From Abditibacteriaceae bacterium (GTDB lineage: Bacteria > Armatimonadota > Abditibacteriia > Abditibacteriales > Abditibacteriaceae): a stretch of 64,000 nt of DNA. A model generated the notes under the pieces. The model worked only from the letters and a program-made list of their open reading frames with translations, did not search any database and was not told where the DNA came from. A program made the translations under genes and the position numbers. Shown in pieces: positions 55,002 to 64,000 of this stretch. Numbering within the stretch: the first letter of the stretch is position 1; each line of letters begins with the position of its first letter. The stretch covers positions 25,062 to 89,061 of the forward strand of contig JANPJS010000312.1 in the NCBI GenBank assembly GCA_031425655.1, read 5' to 3'.

Positions 55002-55904
55002 ATGGCCTCTCTCGATGATTTGCAAGCCCGTTTTTCCGCCGTCCATGGCGTGACTTTTGAAGCCGGATTCGGCGGTTTGCCGCGCGTGACGATTCGCACT
55101 GCGGCCTGCGAAGCCGACATTTATTTGCACGGCGCGCACATCACGCACTTTCAGCCCGCCGGGCATCATCCCGTGCTGTTTCTCAGTGCCAAAAGCGAAT
55201 TTGATGCGACGAAACCGATTCGTGGTGGCGTGCCGGTGATTTTTCCGTGGTTTGGTCCCAACGCCGCCGATTCGCAGTCGCCGATGCACGGTCTGGCGCG
55301 TTTGAGGCAATGGGAAGTAGAAAATGTTCGTTCCGATGGCGAAAACGTCACGCTGATTTTACGTTTATCGCCTGAAAACGCGCCGTCCGGCTGGCCTGAA
55401 GGCTGTTCGTTGGGCTATGAAATCACGCTGGGAAGCTCGCTGCGTTTGTCGCTGCGCGTGGAAAACGCGGGCGACCAAACGCTGAGATTTGAAGAAGCTT
55501 TGCACACATATTTCGCAGTCGGCGATGCGCGGCAAATCGAAATCGAAGGGCTGCGTGACACGATTTTCGTGGATAAAACCGATAATTTTGCCGAAAAAAC
55601 GCAGTTGGAACGCCTGCTGCGCCTCAGCGCCGAAACCGACCGCGTTTACCGCGAAACTGAGGCCACCTGCATCATCCACGACGAGGCCAACGCGCGGCGC
55701 ATTATCGTGGCGAAGCAGAATTCCAACAGCACCGTGGTCTGGAATCCGTGGATTGCCAAAGCCGCCGCGCTGCCCGATTTCGGCGACGGCGAATGGCCTT
55801 TCATGGTCTGCGTCGAAACCTGCAACGTCGGCGACGGTGCTGTAGAACTCGCGCCGGGCGCCGCGCACGAAATGACGGCAGAAATCAGTGTCGAAAAAGT
55901 TTGA
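55002..55904 (+). CDS. D-hexose-6-phosphate mutarotase (aldose 1-epimerase family)
   Basis: IRGGVPVIFPWFG, HGLAR, ALHTYF, ETDRVY, VVWNPW, MVCVE; GGAG RBS. Confidence 0.92.
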   Translation: MASLDDLQARFSAVHGVTFEAGFGGLPRVTIRTAACEADIYLHGAHITHFQPAGHHPVLFLSAKSEFDATKPIRGGVPVIFPWFGPNAADSQSPMHGLARLRQWEVENVRSDGENVTLILRLSPENAPSGWPEGCSLGYEITLGSSLRLSLRVENAGDQTLRFEEALHTYFAVGDARQIEIEGLRDTIFVDKTDNFAEKTQLERLLRLSAETDRVYRETEATCIIHDEANARRIIVAKQNSNSTVVWNPWIAKAAALPDFGDGEWPFMVCVETCNVGDGAVELAPGAAHEMTAEISVEKV

Positions 55905-55922
55905 ATTCTATGAAGTCCAAAA

Positions 55923-56062
55923 CTTTCAATGGAACACGGAGCTTCGCTACGCGGAAACGGCCACGGGTTGACACGGATTTTTCTTTGGATTGATCTGTGA
56001 AAATCCGCGTTAATCCGTGTGAATCCGTGGTTGTTTCTGTGAAATCCATATTCCATTGAAAG
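55923..56062. repeat. Palindromic element, TTTCAATGGAACACGGA family
   Basis: CTTTCAATGGAACACGG ... TTCCATTGAAAG with internal CACGGAT/ATCCGTG units. Confidence 0.8.
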
Positions 56063-56081
56063 CTTTGGCGTTGATTTACAC

Positions 56082-58829
56082 ATGAAAAACTTCATTTTCT
56101 CCCTCGCTTTGGTTTTCGCTGTTCCGGCTCACGCCGCCGAAGTGCTTTACGTCGCGCCGGGTGGCAGCGATGCGTGGAGCGGCAGGTTGGAAAAGCCTAA
56201 TAAAGCCAAAACCGATGGGCCGTTGGCGTCGCCGCAAGGTGCCCGTGACGCGGCGCGCAAGCTAAAAGCCGTCGAAACCAATGGCATCATCGTGCAGTTT
56301 TTGCCCGGCACTTATCAAATGACGGCGCCGCTGACGTTGGACGCGCAAGACGCGAATGTCGAATGGCGCGGGCTGGATAAAAACACACGGATTTCCGGCG
56401 GCAGAGCAGTCGGCGGCTGGACGCCCGTTACGGACGCGGCGATTTTAGCGCGTTTGCCGGAAAATGCGCGCGGCAGCGTGCGGCAAACGGGTCTTACGGC
56501 GCAGGGCATCACCGAGTTCGGCAAATTGGCGCGGCGTGGCTTCAGCAAGCCCGTTGTCGAATCGCATCTTGAACTTTTCTGGAACGACCAGCCGATGACC
56601 CTTGCGCGCTGGCCGAACGCGGGCGAAAAACAGCCGTATGCGCGTGTTGCGGCCTTGCCCGGCGGTCAGGACGGCCTGACGTTCGGAGCCGACGAAAACA
56701 CCGCGCCGCGTTTGCAAAAGTGGGCGCAGGAAAGCGATCCGTGGCTGTTTGGCTACTGGTTTCACGATTGGGCCGATGAATATATTCCCGCCGCGAAAAT
56801 TGACGCGGCGGCCAAAACTTTGACGATTCCTGATCCGAAACCGGCTTTTGGGTTGAAGCTGAAACAGCGATTCTACGCTTTGAATATGCTTTCGGAACTG
56901 GATGAGGCGGGCGAGTATTATCTGGATCGCGCCAGTGGCATATTGTATTTTTGGCCGCCTTCTGCCGTCGGCGCGGCTTACGTTTCCATCGCGCCTTCGC
57001 TTTTAAACATTCAAAACAGCGTTAATATTCGCTTTAGCCATCTGACTTTCGAGGGCACGCGCGGCACCGCCGTCAGCGTGCGCGATTCCAAACAGGTCGT
57101 TTTTTCTTCGTGCGTGCTACGCAATTTGGGCAACGCGGCGATCAACGTCAACGGCGGAGAGCGCTGTCTCATCGCGGGCAACGATATTTACAATTGCGGC
57201 GACGGCGGCGTGAATCTCAGCGGCGGCGACCGCAAAACTCTGGCGCGTTGCGACCACGAAGCGAGCAACAATCACATCTGGAATTTTAGCCGTTGGAGCC
57301 GCACTTATCGCCCGGCGGTTGGCGTGAACGGCGTCGGAGTTTCGGTGTCGCACAACCTTTTGCACGACGGCCCGCACGATGCGATTCAACTGGGCGGCAA
57401 CGATCATCTCATCGAATACAACGAGGTTCACAGCGTGGCTTACGACACCGGCGATGTCGGCGCTTTTTACATGGGCCGCGACTGGACGGCGCGCGGCACC
57501 GTGATTCGCCACAATTATTTTCATCACGTTCAGGGGCCGGGAACTTACGGCGCGATGGGCGTTTATTTGGACGATCAAGCCAGCGGCATTACCATGTCCG
57601 GCAACCTGTTCTACAAAGTCTCGCGCGCGGTTTTCATCGGTGGCGGCGACGATAACCTTGTGGACAACAACATCTTCGTGGACTGCGTGCCGAGCGTGCA
57701 TATTGACGCGCGCGGCATGGGCTGGCAGAAGCCCGCTACCGACGATTTAAAAGGCGAACTGCGCACACGCCTCAACGCCATGCCATATCAAAACGACCTG
57801 TGGAAAACGCGCTATCCGCTGCTGCTGAACGTGCTGGAAGACAACCCGAACGCGCCCAAACGCAATCTGGTGCAACATAATATCGCCGTCGGCGGCAAAT
57901 GGGACGATGTCGAAAAGAAGGGCGCCGAATGGCAAATTTTCAAAGACAACTTCGTCACCGCCGACCCGCGCTACAAAGCCGGTTTGCCTGCCGCGCCGCG
58001 CGCCGTAGATTTCAAGGCGCTCAACAAAACCAACGGATTGGTCAACGGTTTTCAAGCGATTCCTTTGGAGCTAATCGGCCTGCGGAAAATGGGCGCGGGC
58101 GGAAAAGGCGATCAGCGCGCGACGTGGCCCGTAGTTCATGCGCCGCGCGTTATGCCGCAAGACGAGGAAAGCGTCGAAAAAGCTGCGTCCGTCGTGAAAG
58201 GCTTGGCGCCGGTTTTCAAAGTGGCGAAAGCGCAAGCCGTGCCCGCCGTTGACGGCGCCATCAACGCTGCTGAATGGAACGGCGCCAACGTAAAAGACGC
58301 GCTGCTTCTGGAGCAAAATTATGACGGCGCCAAAGCCAAACCGACGAGTTTGGCTTGGATTGAACACTCGCAAGCCGGCCTTTGGCTGGCGATTGACAAC
58401 GCGACCGACCCCAATGCCACGCTGCGCAAAGGCGACACTTGGGGCGAAGACGACGCGGTTGAAATCGCCATCCGTTTGGAAACCTTTCGTCTGGACTCCT
58501 TGAGCCGCGTGGCGACGGTTTATCGCGGCTTTCCGTCCGGCAACTGGCACGTCAGCGACGAAAATGGGTTGCCCAATGACCTTGTCAACGCGGCGAAAAT
58601 CGGTGTGAAATACGCGGCCCGCGCTGTCGAACAAGGCCGCTGGACGGCGGAATGGTTCCTTCCGTGGAGTTCGCTTGGACTCAACGGCGCTCCGGCGCCG
58701 GGCACACGCTTCGCCTTCAACTTGACGGCGCGCAAACCGGCGGGCGACCTGTGGCTGATGTGGCGCGGCACGCAAGGCAACAGCTTTTTGGTCGAGAGAG
58801 CAGGTGTTTTGGAAATCGCGGGGCCATAA
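56082..58829 (+). CDS. Secreted right-handed beta-helix protein with C-terminal CBM9-like domain (putative glycoside hydrolase)
   Basis: YVAPGGSDAWSG..DGPLAS, LARWPN, ELDEAGEYYLD, beta-helix repeats, D.GAFY, GVYLDD; C-terminal DDAVEI, WTAEW..PW. Confidence 0.75.
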   Translation: MKNFIFSLALVFAVPAHAAEVLYVAPGGSDAWSGRLEKPNKAKTDGPLASPQGARDAARKLKAVETNGIIVQFLPGTYQMTAPLTLDAQDANVEWRGLDKNTRISGGRAVGGWTPVTDAAILARLPENARGSVRQTGLTAQGITEFGKLARRGFSKPVVESHLELFWNDQPMTLARWPNAGEKQPYARVAALPGGQDGLTFGADENTAPRLQKWAQESDPWLFGYWFHDWADEYIPAAKIDAAAKTLTIPDPKPAFGLKLKQRFYALNMLSELDEAGEYYLDRASGILYFWPPSAVGAAYVSIAPSLLNIQNSVNIRFSHLTFEGTRGTAVSVRDSKQVVFSSCVLRNLGNAAINVNGGERCLIAGNDIYNCGDGGVNLSGGDRKTLARCDHEASNNHIWNFSRWSRTYRPAVGVNGVGVSVSHNLLHDGPHDAIQLGGNDHLIEYNEVHSVAYDTGDVGAFYMGRDWTARGTVIRHNYFHHVQGPGTYGAMGVYLDDQASGITMSGNLFYKVSRAVFIGGGDDNLVDNNIFVDCVPSVHIDARGMGWQKPATDDLKGELRTRLNAMPYQNDLWKTRYPLLLNVLEDNPNAPKRNLVQHNIAVGGKWDDVEKKGAEWQIFKDNFVTADPRYKAGLPAAPRAVDFKALNKTNGLVNGFQAIPLELIGLRKMGAGGKGDQRATWPVVHAPRVMPQDEESVEKAASVVKGLAPVFKVAKAQAVPAVDGAINAAEWNGANVKDALLLEQNYDGAKAKPTSLAWIEHSQAGLWLAIDNATDPNATLRKGDTWGEDDAVEIAIRLETFRLDSLSRVATVYRGFPSGNWHVSDENGLPNDLVNAAKIGVKYAARAVEQGRWTAEWFLPWSSLGLNGAPAPGTRFAFNLTARKPAGDLWLMWRGTQGNSFLVERAGVLEIAGP

Positions 58830-58851
58830 ATGCCCGCGCGAAGGAGCAACC

Positions 58852-59793
58852 ATGCAGGTATTCAAATTCACGTTGGTAATCGCGGGCGCGCTTTGCGTTT
58901 TGGGCGGCGCGGCGAAGGCGCAGGACGACATCGCCAAACTCAGCGACGAGTTCGACAGTGAAGCATCCGCCGCGCAATGGCAGCACATTCATCGTGTGGA
59001 AGGCTGGAACGCCGACCAACTCGAACTCTTCGACATCAACAAGGTTTACAAGGGACATTGTGCCATGATGCCGTTCTCCAGCGGTTGGTATCAAGACTGG
59101 CGCGGCGCTCTGGTTTTCAAGCCTATAAAGGGCGACTTTGTGATGACCACGAAAGTAAAAGTAACCGGGCGCGATGGCAAAAGTGCGCCGCGCTCGCTAT
59201 TTTCGCTGGCCGGGATCATGGTGCGTGCGCCGCGTAACATCACGCCTCAGACGTGGCAGCCGGGCGGCGAGAATCATGTTTTTGTATCGTTGGGCGTTGC
59301 GCTGCAACCGGGCATCTATTCTTACGAATTCAAGTCAACGCGCCACAGCAAGTCGGATATGAAATTCCCGGCGGCCAATGCCAACGAGTCGCAATTGCAA
59401 ATCGCGCGCATCGGCGCAGCGGCCATCGTGCTGGTGAAAACCGACCAGACGGCATGGCGCATTTTGGCGCGTTTTGCTCGCCCTGATTTGCCCGACGAAG
59501 TGCAGGCCGGCATGACTCTCGGCACCGACTGGCCTACCGTAGAAAAAGTGCCGCCGCGCCAGCACAACGCGATGGTGATTCGCAATGGCAGACCGGATTT
59601 AGGCGCGCTTTACGATTACTTGCGCTTTCGCCGACCTGTGGTTCCTGCTGCTTTGCAGGGCCGCGATTTGTCGAATCCCAACGAAGTTTCCGACGCCGAT
59701 TTGCTGCGCTTTTTAGGCGAAACGGCAGCGATTGGAAGTGGCAGCGCAACCCAACCGGCGACGGGCTTCGCGGCAGGAGCAGCGGCTCCTTGA
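58852..59793 (+). CDS. Secreted hypothetical protein (possible concanavalin-like/DUF1349 fold)
   Basis: AAGGAG RBS, signal peptide, GDFVMTTKV, AGIMVR, LPDEVQAG. Confidence 0.55.
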   Translation: MQVFKFTLVIAGALCVLGGAAKAQDDIAKLSDEFDSEASAAQWQHIHRVEGWNADQLELFDINKVYKGHCAMMPFSSGWYQDWRGALVFKPIKGDFVMTTKVKVTGRDGKSAPRSLFSLAGIMVRAPRNITPQTWQPGGENHVFVSLGVALQPGIYSYEFKSTRHSKSDMKFPAANANESQLQIARIGAAAIVLVKTDQTAWRILARFARPDLPDEVQAGMTLGTDWPTVEKVPPRQHNAMVIRNGRPDLGALYDYLRFRRPVVPAALQGRDLSNPNEVSDADLLRFLGETAAIGSGSATQPATGFAAGAAAP

Positions 59794-61043
59794 TGCGGAA
59801 TTTTGGACGAATTGCCGTCTTGCGGCTCGTGTCTTTCGTTGGTTTAGCGGTTTTCGCGGCGACGGCTCGCGCCCAAATTCCCGCACCCGAATCGGGTTTC
59901 GTGCAGCCGGGCATTGACGTTTTAGCCACGCGCGACTTCGATATTTTACGCGGCCAACGCGTCGGTTTGGTGACGAATCAGACGGGCAAAACGCGCGGCG
60001 GGCGTGCCACCATTGACGTTTTGCGTGCCGCGCCCGGCGTGCAGCTTGTCGCGCTTTACGCGCCCGAACACGGCGTGCGCGGCGAAATCGCGGCGGGCGC
60101 GCACGTCAAAAGCTACCACGATAAAGCCAGCGGATTGCCCGTTTTTTCGCTTTACGGCGCGACGCGCAAACCGACGCCCGCAATGCTGCGCGGCGTGCAA
60201 ATTCTGGTTTTCGATATTCAGGAAATCGGTGCCCGCTCCTACACGTTTTGCGCGACCTTGAAAAACTGTTTGGAAGCCTGCGCTGAGCAGAAAATCGCCT
60301 TCGTGGTGCTGGATCGTCCGAACCCGCTCGGCAGCGCAGTCGAAGGCAACATTCCGACGCAGTTTTCGTTCGTGTGTCCGGCGCCGATTCCTTACCGTCA
60401 CGGTCTGACGATGGGCGAACTGGCCCGTTTTTTCAACGCGCGCCTGAAAACGCCGGCCACGTTAGGCGTGGTGCCGATGCTCAATTATCGGCGCGCGATG
60501 ACATGGGCGCAAACCGGCCTGTCGTGGACGAAAACCAGCCCCAATATTCCGCTTGCGCGCTCGGCTTATTTTTATCAGGCGACGGGTTTATTAGGCGAGT
60601 TGCCGCCGCTTTCGATTGGCATCGGCACGCCGTGGCCCTTTGAATTGGCCGGTGCGCCCGGCTTGAACGCCGCGAAATTCGCACAAGAGCTTAATCGTCG
60701 CCGCTTGCCCGGTTGGGATTTTGAAGCCTTCGCGTGGACGCCGGTCAAAGGCCGTTTCGCGCGAAAACGCTGCTCCGGCGTAAAAATTCGTCTCACGGAC
60801 GCGGCACTGGCCCAGGCCACGCGCCTCGACTTTGAAATCTTCGATGCCGTGCGCCGCATCGCGCCCAAAACGGCGTTTTTTAATTCGGCGCGGCACAACG
60901 CCATGTTCGACAAAGTCTGCGGCAGCGGGCAAATCCGCCGCGCCATGCAACTCGGCCAATCTGCGAGCGAAATCTGGCGATTATGGAACAACGGCGCCGC
61001 GAATTTTGTTAAACAGTCCTCGCAATATTGGATGTATGAATAG
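59793..61043 (+). CDS. namZ: Exo-beta-N-acetylmuramidase NamZ family (DUF1343)
   Basis: VGLVTNQTG, PEHG, SLYG..RKPT, FDIQEIGARSYT, LDRPNP, RHGLTMGELA, SPNIP. Confidence 0.88.
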   Translation: MRNFGRIAVLRLVSFVGLAVFAATARAQIPAPESGFVQPGIDVLATRDFDILRGQRVGLVTNQTGKTRGGRATIDVLRAAPGVQLVALYAPEHGVRGEIAAGAHVKSYHDKASGLPVFSLYGATRKPTPAMLRGVQILVFDIQEIGARSYTFCATLKNCLEACAEQKIAFVVLDRPNPLGSAVEGNIPTQFSFVCPAPIPYRHGLTMGELARFFNARLKTPATLGVVPMLNYRRAMTWAQTGLSWTKTSPNIPLARSAYFYQATGLLGELPPLSIGIGTPWPFELAGAPGLNAAKFAQELNRRRLPGWDFEAFAWTPVKGRFARKRCSGVKIRLTDAALAQATRLDFEIFDAVRRIAPKTAFFNSARHNAMFDKVCGSGQIRRAMQLGQSASEIWRLWNNGAANFVKQSSQYWMYE

Positions 61044-61064
61044 GATTTGGTCGGAGATTTAGGT

Positions 61065-61203
61065 GCTTTCAATGGAACACGGAGGCTTCGCCTATCCTGC
61101 CCAAAGGGCGCCCGAAACGACACGGATTAACACGGATTTTTGGATTGATCTGTGAAAATCTGTGTCGTTTCCGTGTGCCGAAGGCCCGTGTTCCATTGAA
61201 AGC
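61065..61203. repeat. Palindromic element, TTTCAATGGAACACGGA family
   Basis: GCTTTCAATGGAACACGG ... CCGTGTTCCATTGAAAGC. Confidence 0.8.
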
Positions 61204-61225
61204 GACGTTTTTTAGAAAGGAAATC

Positions 61226-62518
61226 ATGCGATACAAACAACTTTCTGCATCGTTTTTTAAGGCCAACCGCGAGCGTTTAGCGGCGCAATTGCCGCCGAAG
61301 TCGCTGGCGATTTTCAACGCCAATGACATCATGCCGACTAACGCCGACGGCGACATGGGCTTTCGGCAAAACAGCGATTTGTATTATTTATCGGGCGTGG
61401 ATCAGGAAGAAACGATTCTCGTTTTGTTTCCCTCGGCGCACGACGAAGAACGGCGAGAGCTTTTGTTTCTGCGCGAAACCAGTGAAGAAATCGCTATTTG
61501 GGAAGGCGACAAGCTGACTAAAGAACAAGCGCGCGAAGCGACCGGCATCGAAAAAGTGCATTGGCTGAGCGAGTTTCCGCGCATCTTCCGCGAATTGATG
61601 TTCGAGGCCGAAACGATTTATCTCAATCACAACGAGCATCGCCGTGCCGGCAGCCCCGTCGAATCGCGCGACCGCCGCTTTATTGCGCAAATTCGCGGCG
61701 ATTTTCCGTTGCATCATCTGGCACGCGTGGCGCCGCTGATGCACCGTTTGCGCATGACGAAATCGCCCGAAGAAATTGATGCCATCCGTGAAGCAACGCG
61801 CATTACCGAGGCCGGTTTTCGCCGCATTTTGCCTTTTGTCAAAGCGGGCGTGTGGGAATATGAAATCGAGGCCGAACTGATTCACGAATACGTGCGGCAA
61901 CGTTCGAGCGGCTTCGCGTATTCACCAATTATCGCGTCCGGCAAAAACGCCTGCGTGCTGCATTATATTTCCAACGATAAGCAATGCGGCGACGGCGAAT
62001 TGCTGTTAATGGACGTGGCTGCCGAATACGGCAACTATTTTTCGGATATGACGCGCACGATTCCCGTCAATGGCCGTTTCACGCCGCGTCAGCGCGCGGT
62101 TTACGACGCGGTTTTGCGGATTTTGCGCGCCTGCTCGCAAAGGCTGCGGCCCGGCGTGAATCATAAAGAATACCAGAAAGAAATAGAAAAGCTGATGGAA
62201 AGCGAACTTATCGGCCTCGGTTTGCTGGATAAGGCCGAAGTCGAAAAGCAGGACAAAGACAAGCCGCTTTTCAAGAAGTATTTTATGCACGGCGTTTCGC
62301 ATCACATCGGCTTGGACGTGCATGATGTCGCCGACCCGCATCTGCCTTTGGCCGAAGGTATGCTTCTCACGGTTGAGCCAGGCATTTATATTCGTGAGGA
62401 AAATTTAGCCGTGCGCTTGGAAAACCTGATTCTCATCGGCAAAGACGGCAACGAAGATTTAATGGCCGGCGTGCCGCTCGAAGCCGAAGAAATCGAAGCC
62501 TTGATGAACACACGCTGA
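61226..62518 (+). CDS. pepP: Xaa-Pro aminopeptidase (M24B)
   Basis: FRQNSDLYYLSG, VLHY, SDMTRT, HGVSHHIGLDVHD, TVEPGIY, VRLE. Confidence 0.9.
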   Translation: MRYKQLSASFFKANRERLAAQLPPKSLAIFNANDIMPTNADGDMGFRQNSDLYYLSGVDQEETILVLFPSAHDEERRELLFLRETSEEIAIWEGDKLTKEQAREATGIEKVHWLSEFPRIFRELMFEAETIYLNHNEHRRAGSPVESRDRRFIAQIRGDFPLHHLARVAPLMHRLRMTKSPEEIDAIREATRITEAGFRRILPFVKAGVWEYEIEAELIHEYVRQRSSGFAYSPIIASGKNACVLHYISNDKQCGDGELLLMDVAAEYGNYFSDMTRTIPVNGRFTPRQRAVYDAVLRILRACSQRLRPGVNHKEYQKEIEKLMESELIGLGLLDKAEVEKQDKDKPLFKKYFMHGVSHHIGLDVHDVADPHLPLAEGMLLTVEPGIYIREENLAVRLENLILIGKDGNEDLMAGVPLEAEEIEALMNTR

Positions 62519-62520
62519 TT

Positions 62521-62587
62521 TTTCACCACAAAGACACGAAGGCACAAAGAGGAAATTTCTTTGTGCCTTCGTGTCTTTGTGGTGAAA
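62521..62587. repeat. Palindromic CACAAAG-type element
   Basis: TTTCACCACAAAGACACGAAGGCACAAAGA ... TCTTTGTGCCTTCGTGTCTTTGTGGTGAAA between convergent genes. Confidence 0.85.
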
Positions 62588-62589
62588 GT

Positions 62590-63480
62590 TTAATTTTCCG
62601 CCTCGTAAGTGCGGAAACCGCGCACCATCAGGCCTTTTTGCTGGCTTTTGCGCGCTTCGGCGGCTCGTTTTTCGGCGGCTTTGCGGTTTTCGGCAGAGGT
62701 GGCGTTGATCGTCACGTAATCGTCGGGACGGCGATAGCGATGGATAAAAACCGGGCGCGGGCCTTGAGAATGATTTTCTTTCGAGCCGTGAATCGTTTTG
62801 TAGTGAAAGAAAATCGAGTCGCCGGCATCGCCACACAAAGGCAGCGCGCTTTCCCACGGCCATTCGTCCTCGTCGAGGCCAAGATGCGAAAACGTATCAA
62901 CGTGGCGCAGTGTGCCCAGATTGTGCGAGCCGGGAACAACGTGCAGGGCGCCGTTGGTTAAATCGGTATTCACGCAGTAATTAAGGACGCCGACCGGGCC
63001 GTCGAAACGGTGATCGAAGTAGGCCGCGTCCTGATGCAAATGCTTGGGATGACCGCCGACCGGCTCTTTATAAAGGCACTGGCCGTCCATAAATAATTCC
63101 ACGTTGGCGCCGATGATGGCTTGCACAATATCGAGCAGCTTTTCATCGAAAGCCGAGCGGAAAAACGCGCCGCTGGTGTTGTAGCGCAGCGCCAGCACCA
63201 TGATTTGCTTGTCGCGGTCGAAGTTGGCGGGTGCGGGCAAAAAGAGCGTGCCGTCGGGCGTAGTCCAGCCTTCTTTAACTTGTTTCGCCTGACCGAGCAG
63301 CGCCAGCGATTGCTGCACCGTTGCGGCGATGTCGCGGTTGATTGCTTCGAGATACGGCTTCATCAAGCCGCGCACAATAAGCGCGCCGTGTTGCCGATAA
63401 ATCGCGGCGGCGCGCGTGGCGTCGAGGTCGTCGGCGAAAACTTCGAGGTCTTGAATGTTGACGGTTGGCGCTGTTGTCAT
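62590..63480 (-). CDS. Phytanoyl-CoA dioxygenase (PhyH) family Fe(II)/2OG enzyme
   Basis: HQD, NGALHVVPGSH, GD..FFH..IHGS..N, R; ATG 63480 (the track extension runs through a repeat element). Confidence 0.88.
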   Translation of the reverse strand: MTTAPTVNIQDLEVFADDLDATRAAAIYRQHGALIVRGLMKPYLEAINRDIAATVQQSLALLGQAKQVKEGWTTPDGTLFLPAPANFDRDKQIMVLALRYNTSGAFFRSAFDEKLLDIVQAIIGANVELFMDGQCLYKEPVGGHPKHLHQDAAYFDHRFDGPVGVLNYCVNTDLTNGALHVVPGSHNLGTLRHVDTFSHLGLDEDEWPWESALPLCGDAGDSIFFHYKTIHGSKENHSQGPRPVFIHRYRRPDDYVTINATSAENRKAAEKRAAEARKSQQKGLMVRGFRTYEAEN

Positions 63481-63493
63481 TTTGTTCGTCCTT

Positions 63494-63707
63494 AGAAGCT
63501 GTCTGAGAATAGCCATTAATCGTGAGTTGAGCCGCTTTTTAATAGGACGCGGAGCTTCGCTTCGCGGAAACAGCTTTGATTTTCGCGGTTTTACCGGCAA
63601 ATTCCAAAAAACGGCGAAAATCCGCGCATGAAATCCGCGAAGCGAAGCTCCGCGTCCCATTGAAAGCGGCTCAACTCAGGATTAATGACTCTTCTCAGAC
63701 AGCTTCT
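63494..63707. repeat. Three-layer nested inverted repeat (MITE-like)
   Basis: AGAAGCTGTCTGAGAA/TTCTCAGACAGCTTCT, then CATTAATCGTGAGTTGAGCCGC/GCGGCTCAACTCAGGATTAATG, then a variant of the TTTCAATGGAAC family. Confidence 0.8.
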
Positions 63708-63862
63708 GAGCGTGGAAACGACACGGATTTTCGGAAACGACACAGATTTTAGCAAGGTAACCCGGAATTAGCCGCAAAATCCGCGCGAAAAAGCGTCGTG
63801 CCGGACTTCGCTTCCGGCAAAACCTCGCGGGTTTGAGAGTCTCCAAACGTGGAACTTATGAA

Positions 63863-64000
63863 CTCACCTTACGCGGTCAGGCTGTGATAGAGGCCGCTGC
63901 GTGGTTGGATTTGAGTTCGTTGAGTTGTCGAAAGGCGGTTTGGAGGGCCGCTTGATAAAGTTTGGCTTTGAGTGCGAAGTGATTGAGATGGGTTGCGATG
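63863..64000 (-). mobile_element. 3' end of a probable IS701-family transposase (stop at 63877) with adjacent candidate terminal repeat
   Basis: Translated by hand: ...IATHLNHFALKAKLYQAALQTAFRQLNELKSNHAAASITA*, resembling IS701-type C-termini as I recall them; followed by GCGTAAGGTGAG. Confidence 0.55.

Overview
GC-rich bacterial chromosomal segment with about 38 mostly housekeeping or envelope genes (CE7 esterase, mtnP, tatA, moeA, ispE, folC, mutS2, tRNA-Val(CAC), namZ, pepP and others). The tandem DUF1559 prepilin-like genes beside a GntR/LacI-type regulator suggest Abditibacteriota/Armatimonadota, but that is inference only. The best candidate for an undescribed system is a two-gene cassette at 28646-32393. 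It has a soluble KAP-family P-loop NTPase overlapping an NLR-like NACHT-LRR protein that has no obvious N-terminal effector and a near-identical 66-bp LRR array. The second theme is a dense set of palindromic elements built from 7-9-mer repeats, plus REP/REPIN-like elements. One lies in frame inside mutS2 just before Walker A, and another coincides with a frameshift in folC that one extra heptamer would repair. Also notable are a VIT protein apparently lacking its vWA domain, an orphan protein with a double-glycine-like leader, three tandem double ABC-2 permeases with no ATPase, a TPR-bearing alpha-2-macroglobulin, two gene remnants and the end of a probable IS701-type element. All family calls come from motif recognition by eye; no searches were run.
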